Assembly: GCA_018238155.1 (NCBI GenBank)
Contig: JABCTZ010000045.1
Coordinates: 36,452 to 100,451 of the forward strand
Length of the DNA stretch: 64,000 bases
DNA from: Candidatus Heimdallarchaeota archaeon
GTDB taxonomy: Archaea; Asgardarchaeota; Heimdallarchaeia; JABLTI01
Direction of reading: 5' to 3'
The notes below the pieces were generated by a model. The model was not told where the DNA came from. It ran no database searches and saw nothing but the letters and a program-made list of their open reading frames with translations. Below are positions 60,127-64,000 of this stretch, in pieces; position 1 is the first letter of the stretch; each line of letters opens with the position of its first letter. Position numbers and translations under genes: made by a program.

Positions 60127-61611
60127 TTATTCAAAATCTTTACTTAAGAAGAAATCTTCTGGGAAAAACCAACTACCATTTGTTTCGTTATAGAACTTGT
60201 ATGGAATTGAACGAAAAATTCCACTTGTTTTTGATGCAAGAGAGAATTGAGCACTCTTTAATTCTGGTATTGTTTCACATATTAAATCGTTTAAACGATG
60301 AGCTCCATTCATTAAATCCACGGTTACAATTGCACCTCCATTTCGAAATGTATATGTAAAAGTTTGAGGCATTCGAGTAAGAACTTTTTCAAGAGAGGTC
60401 AGTTGTTCAGGAGTTATTTTTTCAAAAAATAACAATGCAGTTTGATTTAAACCTGTATAATAAAGGAGGATCATTGGAAAGAAAAGATCCTTAACACGAT
60501 CCATATGCTCTTTCGCTTCATCCCAAGTCAGCGAAATTCGTTTTGAAATTGTACGAACAGAGCTATCTAAATCACGTCTAAATAGTGTTAGAACTTTTAA
60601 ATCGGTAAGGGACAAGGTAGTTTTATTTCCATTAAATTTAAACTTATGAAATGAATTTTCACTCTGATCTGCATTCATAGTTAAAATGCGTTCTTTAAAC
60701 CAATCTATATAAAATCCAGGTTTTGTTGAGGTCATTACAGTTGGTCGTTTTGAATATGAGTAATATGAAAAATTTAGATTATTTGAAATTGATGAGACCT
60801 CATCACAATAAAAACATCTCACAATTTTATTGTCGCTAAGTTTTGCAAGGTAATCAAATAAGGATTTTTCAAGATACTTAGGAAGAGTTAGTGAAACAAA
60901 ATAATCAAAACGCTGATTTGGGCAACGTCTTATTGTTCTAGTGAAAGGAGATACAAAATATTCGGGAATTTTATCCCGATATTTCAACGAAGACTCTATT
61001 AAAATAAGATATTGTTGGAGCCCTATTTTAGGAAAATTGACAGTTCCTGTAACTCGAAAATAGGCATTATTTCTTAAATAACCCATACGTCTACTGATGT
61101 AATTTGATCTAACATTAAGCTTCTTTGACAGAATATCATTATTGAAGAATGTTTTTTCTTTGATTATTTCCTTAACAGCTTCAATTATTTTTACATCCAT
61201 TTCTGAGAGAGGAACTATATAATAGCGTTCTAAATCAGAGAGAATTGCACATGATTCATAGAAAGAGAGATTATCAAATTTTAGGAGTTGTTCTAAAGCA
61301 TTGTCAATATATAATCCATTCATTATTTTATCCAATGAAATGAAATCCACATACGGTCTATAGTGAAATTCTCCCATAGGGAGTTGTATAACTTGATGTG
61401 GAGAGTTTAAACGCCAAAATTTTAATAATTCCTCTTTGTCTAAATCATTATCTAATTGCTGGAAAATGTAGAGAAACCCAAGGTCTGCGGCGATTCTTGT
61501 ATTAATTGTTTTGACTCGGGATAATAGATTTTTCTTCATCTCTTCAAAGATATTTCGCAAATTTGAGCTACTGCTTATGGATTCGAAGTTTTCAAACAAC
61601 TGCTGAGACAT
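60127..61611 (-). CDS. Lrp/AsnC-like regulator with tandem HTH modules
   Basis: LSEMDVKII...LSKKL...ISRR..YL and LSLTDLKVL...SVRTISKRI. Confidence 0.6.
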   Translation of the reverse strand: MSQQLFENFESISSSSNLRNIFEEMKKNLLSRVKTINTRIAADLGFLYIFQQLDNDLDKEELLKFWRLNSPHQVIQLPMGEFHYRPYVDFISLDKIMNGLYIDNALEQLLKFDNLSFYESCAILSDLERYYIVPLSEMDVKIIEAVKEIIKEKTFFNNDILSKKLNVRSNYISRRMGYLRNNAYFRVTGTVNFPKIGLQQYLILIESSLKYRDKIPEYFVSPFTRTIRRCPNQRFDYFVSLTLPKYLEKSLFDYLAKLSDNKIVRCFYCDEVSSISNNLNFSYYSYSKRPTVMTSTKPGFYIDWFKERILTMNADQSENSFHKFKFNGNKTTLSLTDLKVLTLFRRDLDSSVRTISKRISLTWDEAKEHMDRVKDLFFPMILLYYTGLNQTALLFFEKITPEQLTSLEKVLTRMPQTFTYTFRNGGAIVTVDLMNGAHRLNDLICETIPELKSAQFSLASKTSGIFRSIPYKFYNETNGSWFFPEDFFLSKDFE

Positions 61612-61881
61612 ATATAATCTGTGCCCTCTTCAAATTTTTACTCGGTAATAATTTACATTGCAAATTACCAATCTTTATTGGATTGAGCTTAACTGACCGA
61701 AATAATGTAGAAAAGGCAGTATAAAAACACCAAGTGATAATATTTTCGGGAACCTCAATACAAAATATATTAAAGAAGTGAAAGTACTCTAATGGAATTC
61801 GGAATTTATAACAATTAAAATAAGTTATCAGAATTCATTTGTAGATGTTTTTATCAAGAGTTAAGACTGGTTGAGAATTAT

Positions 61882-63720
61882 TTGAATCAAATAGAAATCG
61901 AACTAAAATATAAAATTGAAACAATTTCAGAAAAACCCGGTGTCTATTTATTTAAGAATGAAAATAATAAGATTCTCTATGTTGGTAAAGCCAAATCTCT
62001 AAGGAAGAGAGTAAAAAGCTATTTTACAACTAAAAACAAAAACAAGAAAGTTTTCGCAATTCAAAAACACACGACAGATATAGAAACAATTACAACACAA
62101 ACTGAAACTGAAGCCTTAATTTTGGAAAACAACCTTATTAAATTATACAAACCGCGATATAATATAAAATTAATTGATGACAAAACATATCCTTATTTAC
62201 TAATTTCTACTGACGAAGAATTTCCAAGAGCAGAAATTGTTAAGAAACGAGATAATAAAAAGGGTATTTATTTCGGTCCATTTACAGATAGAAAAGCATT
62301 AAAAATTTCACTAAAACTTGCGTTAACAATTTTTCCCATAGCTAGTTGTAAAAAAGACATTGCAAAAGAAAAATTTGATAGACCATGTCTCTATTATCAG
62401 CTTAGAAAGTGTACAGCTCCATGTGTAAAGAAAATAGATGTAGTAGAATATAGGAAAGATGTTAAACGGTTTACCGCACTATTTGAAGGAAAAATTCGAG
62501 AACTATTAATAGAACTAGAACTTGAAATGGAAGAGTCTTCAAAAAAATTAGATTTTGAAAAAGCAGCAATTGTACGAGATAGAATAAAATCTTTGGAGAA
62601 AATTATGCAAAAACAAGCTATTGTCTCAAATGATATTAATGCAGAATATGATATTATTGAAATCATAAGTGAAAAATTAGATACTTGTATTCAATTGCTT
62701 TCTATGCGTGGAGGAAGGATAATTGGGCAGAAAAACTTCATTTTTAAAATGCCTTTTGAGATATTACCTGAGGAGATTATAACAACTTTTGTGAAGCAAT
62801 ATTATTCTCATACTGATTACATTCCTAACGAAATTATCACTTCGAAGGAATTACTTGATGAAAAAGCAATTAATAGTTGGTTGCAAAGTAAACAAAAAAA
62901 GGAACCTTTCAAATCGATAATGATCAGACCAAGTAATGAAGAACAAAGAAGTCTTTTGAAACTAGCTAATGATAATGCAAAAGAAAAACTATTTTCTGCT
63001 TTAAAAATACAAGAGATGAAATCTAAAAAAATAATAAATGGTTTAGAAGAATTAAAAATAACACTCTCTCTCGAGAGTATTCCTAACCGAATTGAAGGAT
63101 ATGATATTTCTACTATCCAAGGAACAAATACTGTTGCATCTTGTGTTGTATTTGAACATGGATTACCAAAAAAAGAAAGTTATAGAAAATTTATAATCAA
63201 ATCTATAGACAAACAAGATGATTTCTCAGCAATGAAAGAAGTCATACATAGAAGATTTACTGGTTCGTTGTCTAAAAAGGATCCATTTCCTGATTTAATA
63301 CTAATTGATGGAGGAATAGGACAAGTAAACTCTGCAAAGGAAGAATTAGATAAAGCTAATATAGATATTCAATTGATAGGAATTGCAAAAGAATTTGAAG
63401 AATTATATAAACCAGGGAAACGTAAACCTATTGTCTTAAGTGAAAGATCGGAAGCATTAAAACTTCTACAAAGAATAAGAGATGAATCTCACCGTTTTGC
63501 AATTACTTTTCATAAACAAAAAAGATCAAAGAAGATGCTAGAATCTTCTTTAGAAAAAATTCCTAATCTGGGAACAAAAAGAATAAGGAACTTATTTGAA
63601 TATTTTAAAACAATTGATAGCATAAAGAATGCAAATATTAGTGAATTAGTTCAAGTAGACGGAATTAGTAAAAGAATAGCTGAGGATATCTACCATTTTT
63701 ACAGAAAAGACATAATCTAA
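61882..63720 (+). CDS. uvrC: excinuclease ABC subunit C
   Basis: PGVYLF..YVGKAKSL (GIY-YIG), UVR FEKAAIVRD, EGYDIS, IDGG.GQ, RDESHRFA, HhH. Confidence 0.97.
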   Translation: MNQIEIELKYKIETISEKPGVYLFKNENNKILYVGKAKSLRKRVKSYFTTKNKNKKVFAIQKHTTDIETITTQTETEALILENNLIKLYKPRYNIKLIDDKTYPYLLISTDEEFPRAEIVKKRDNKKGIYFGPFTDRKALKISLKLALTIFPIASCKKDIAKEKFDRPCLYYQLRKCTAPCVKKIDVVEYRKDVKRFTALFEGKIRELLIELELEMEESSKKLDFEKAAIVRDRIKSLEKIMQKQAIVSNDINAEYDIIEIISEKLDTCIQLLSMRGGRIIGQKNFIFKMPFEILPEEIITTFVKQYYSHTDYIPNEIITSKELLDEKAINSWLQSKQKKEPFKSIMIRPSNEEQRSLLKLANDNAKEKLFSALKIQEMKSKKIINGLEELKITLSLESIPNRIEGYDISTIQGTNTVASCVVFEHGLPKKESYRKFIIKSIDKQDDFSAMKEVIHRRFTGSLSKKDPFPDLILIDGGIGQVNSAKEELDKANIDIQLIGIAKEFEELYKPGKRKPIVLSERSEALKLLQRIRDESHRFAITFHKQKRSKKMLESSLEKIPNLGTKRIRNLFEYFKTIDSIKNANISELVQVDGISKRIAEDIYHFYRKDII

Positions 63721-63873
63721 CAGGTATTAAAAATATATTAAGCTATAATAATTGATTAAAAAAATTGATAATCTATCGCAATACCTATATATGAGCAAAG
63801 AGATATATTATTTAGAATTTTTAATATTAGTGCAAAATTCTTTCGAAAGAACAAAAAGAAGTGATGTTAAAAC

Positions 63874-64000
63874 ATGTCTATGAGAAGCTATGCCATAAGG
63901 CGATTTCTATATATCATCCCAACCTTAATGGGTATATCAATATTCAGTTTCATATTAATTGCACTATCTCCAGGAGATCCAATTATGATTAGAATGGGGC
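63874..64000 (+). CDS. DppB/OppB-type ABC permease, 5' part
   Basis: MSMRSYAIRRFLYIIPTLMGISIFSFILIALSPGDP. Confidence 0.85.
   Translation, partial: MSMRSYAIRRFLYIIPTLMGISIFSFILIALSPGDPIMIRMG

Noticed and set aside
2225-62666. Numerous 60-140 aa ORFs antisense to or nested in longer genes (e.g. 2225-2578, 10621-10992, 32179-32598, 39383-39775, 58725-59096)
   Set aside because: They lie inside well-supported CDSs and have the S/F/I/L-rich composition typical of antisense shadows

Overview
AT-rich archaeal chromosomal window, most likely an Asgard (Heimdallarchaeia-like) archaeon. This is inferred from Cdc6, TFB, aMBF1, Nep1, PAC2, multi-OB RPA, HerA-Mre11-Rad50, a histone-fold protein and a DENN/longin-like protein. 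Positions 1-11.5 kb are accessory DNA. They hold a nonsense-interrupted TnpB/Cas12f-sized gene with a structured 3' RNA, then tRNA-Leu(TAG), then an ~8 kb island closed by a degenerate 42-bp copy of a tRNA-Leu 3' end. The island has no recognisable tyrosine/serine integrase, PolB, Cas2 or CRISPR array. It encodes a LAGLIDADG-HTH protein, a frameshifted Cas4-like nuclease, a Cas1-like protein with an N-terminal wHTH/Zn extension, and a paralog of the host cdc6 that is in frame with a Schlafen/AlbA_2 domain. This casposon-like, Cdc6-carrying element is the strongest candidate for an undescribed system. The rest is mostly core genes, with three notable loci: a bacterial-type fakA-fakB(degV)-plsY cluster, a Tad/Flp pilus locus containing a TFB paralog, and an AAA+ ATPase-RHH pair embedded in about 8 copies of GTAATACAAGTAWT (candidate segregation or origin locus). 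All family calls are by-eye motif recognition; no database search was run.
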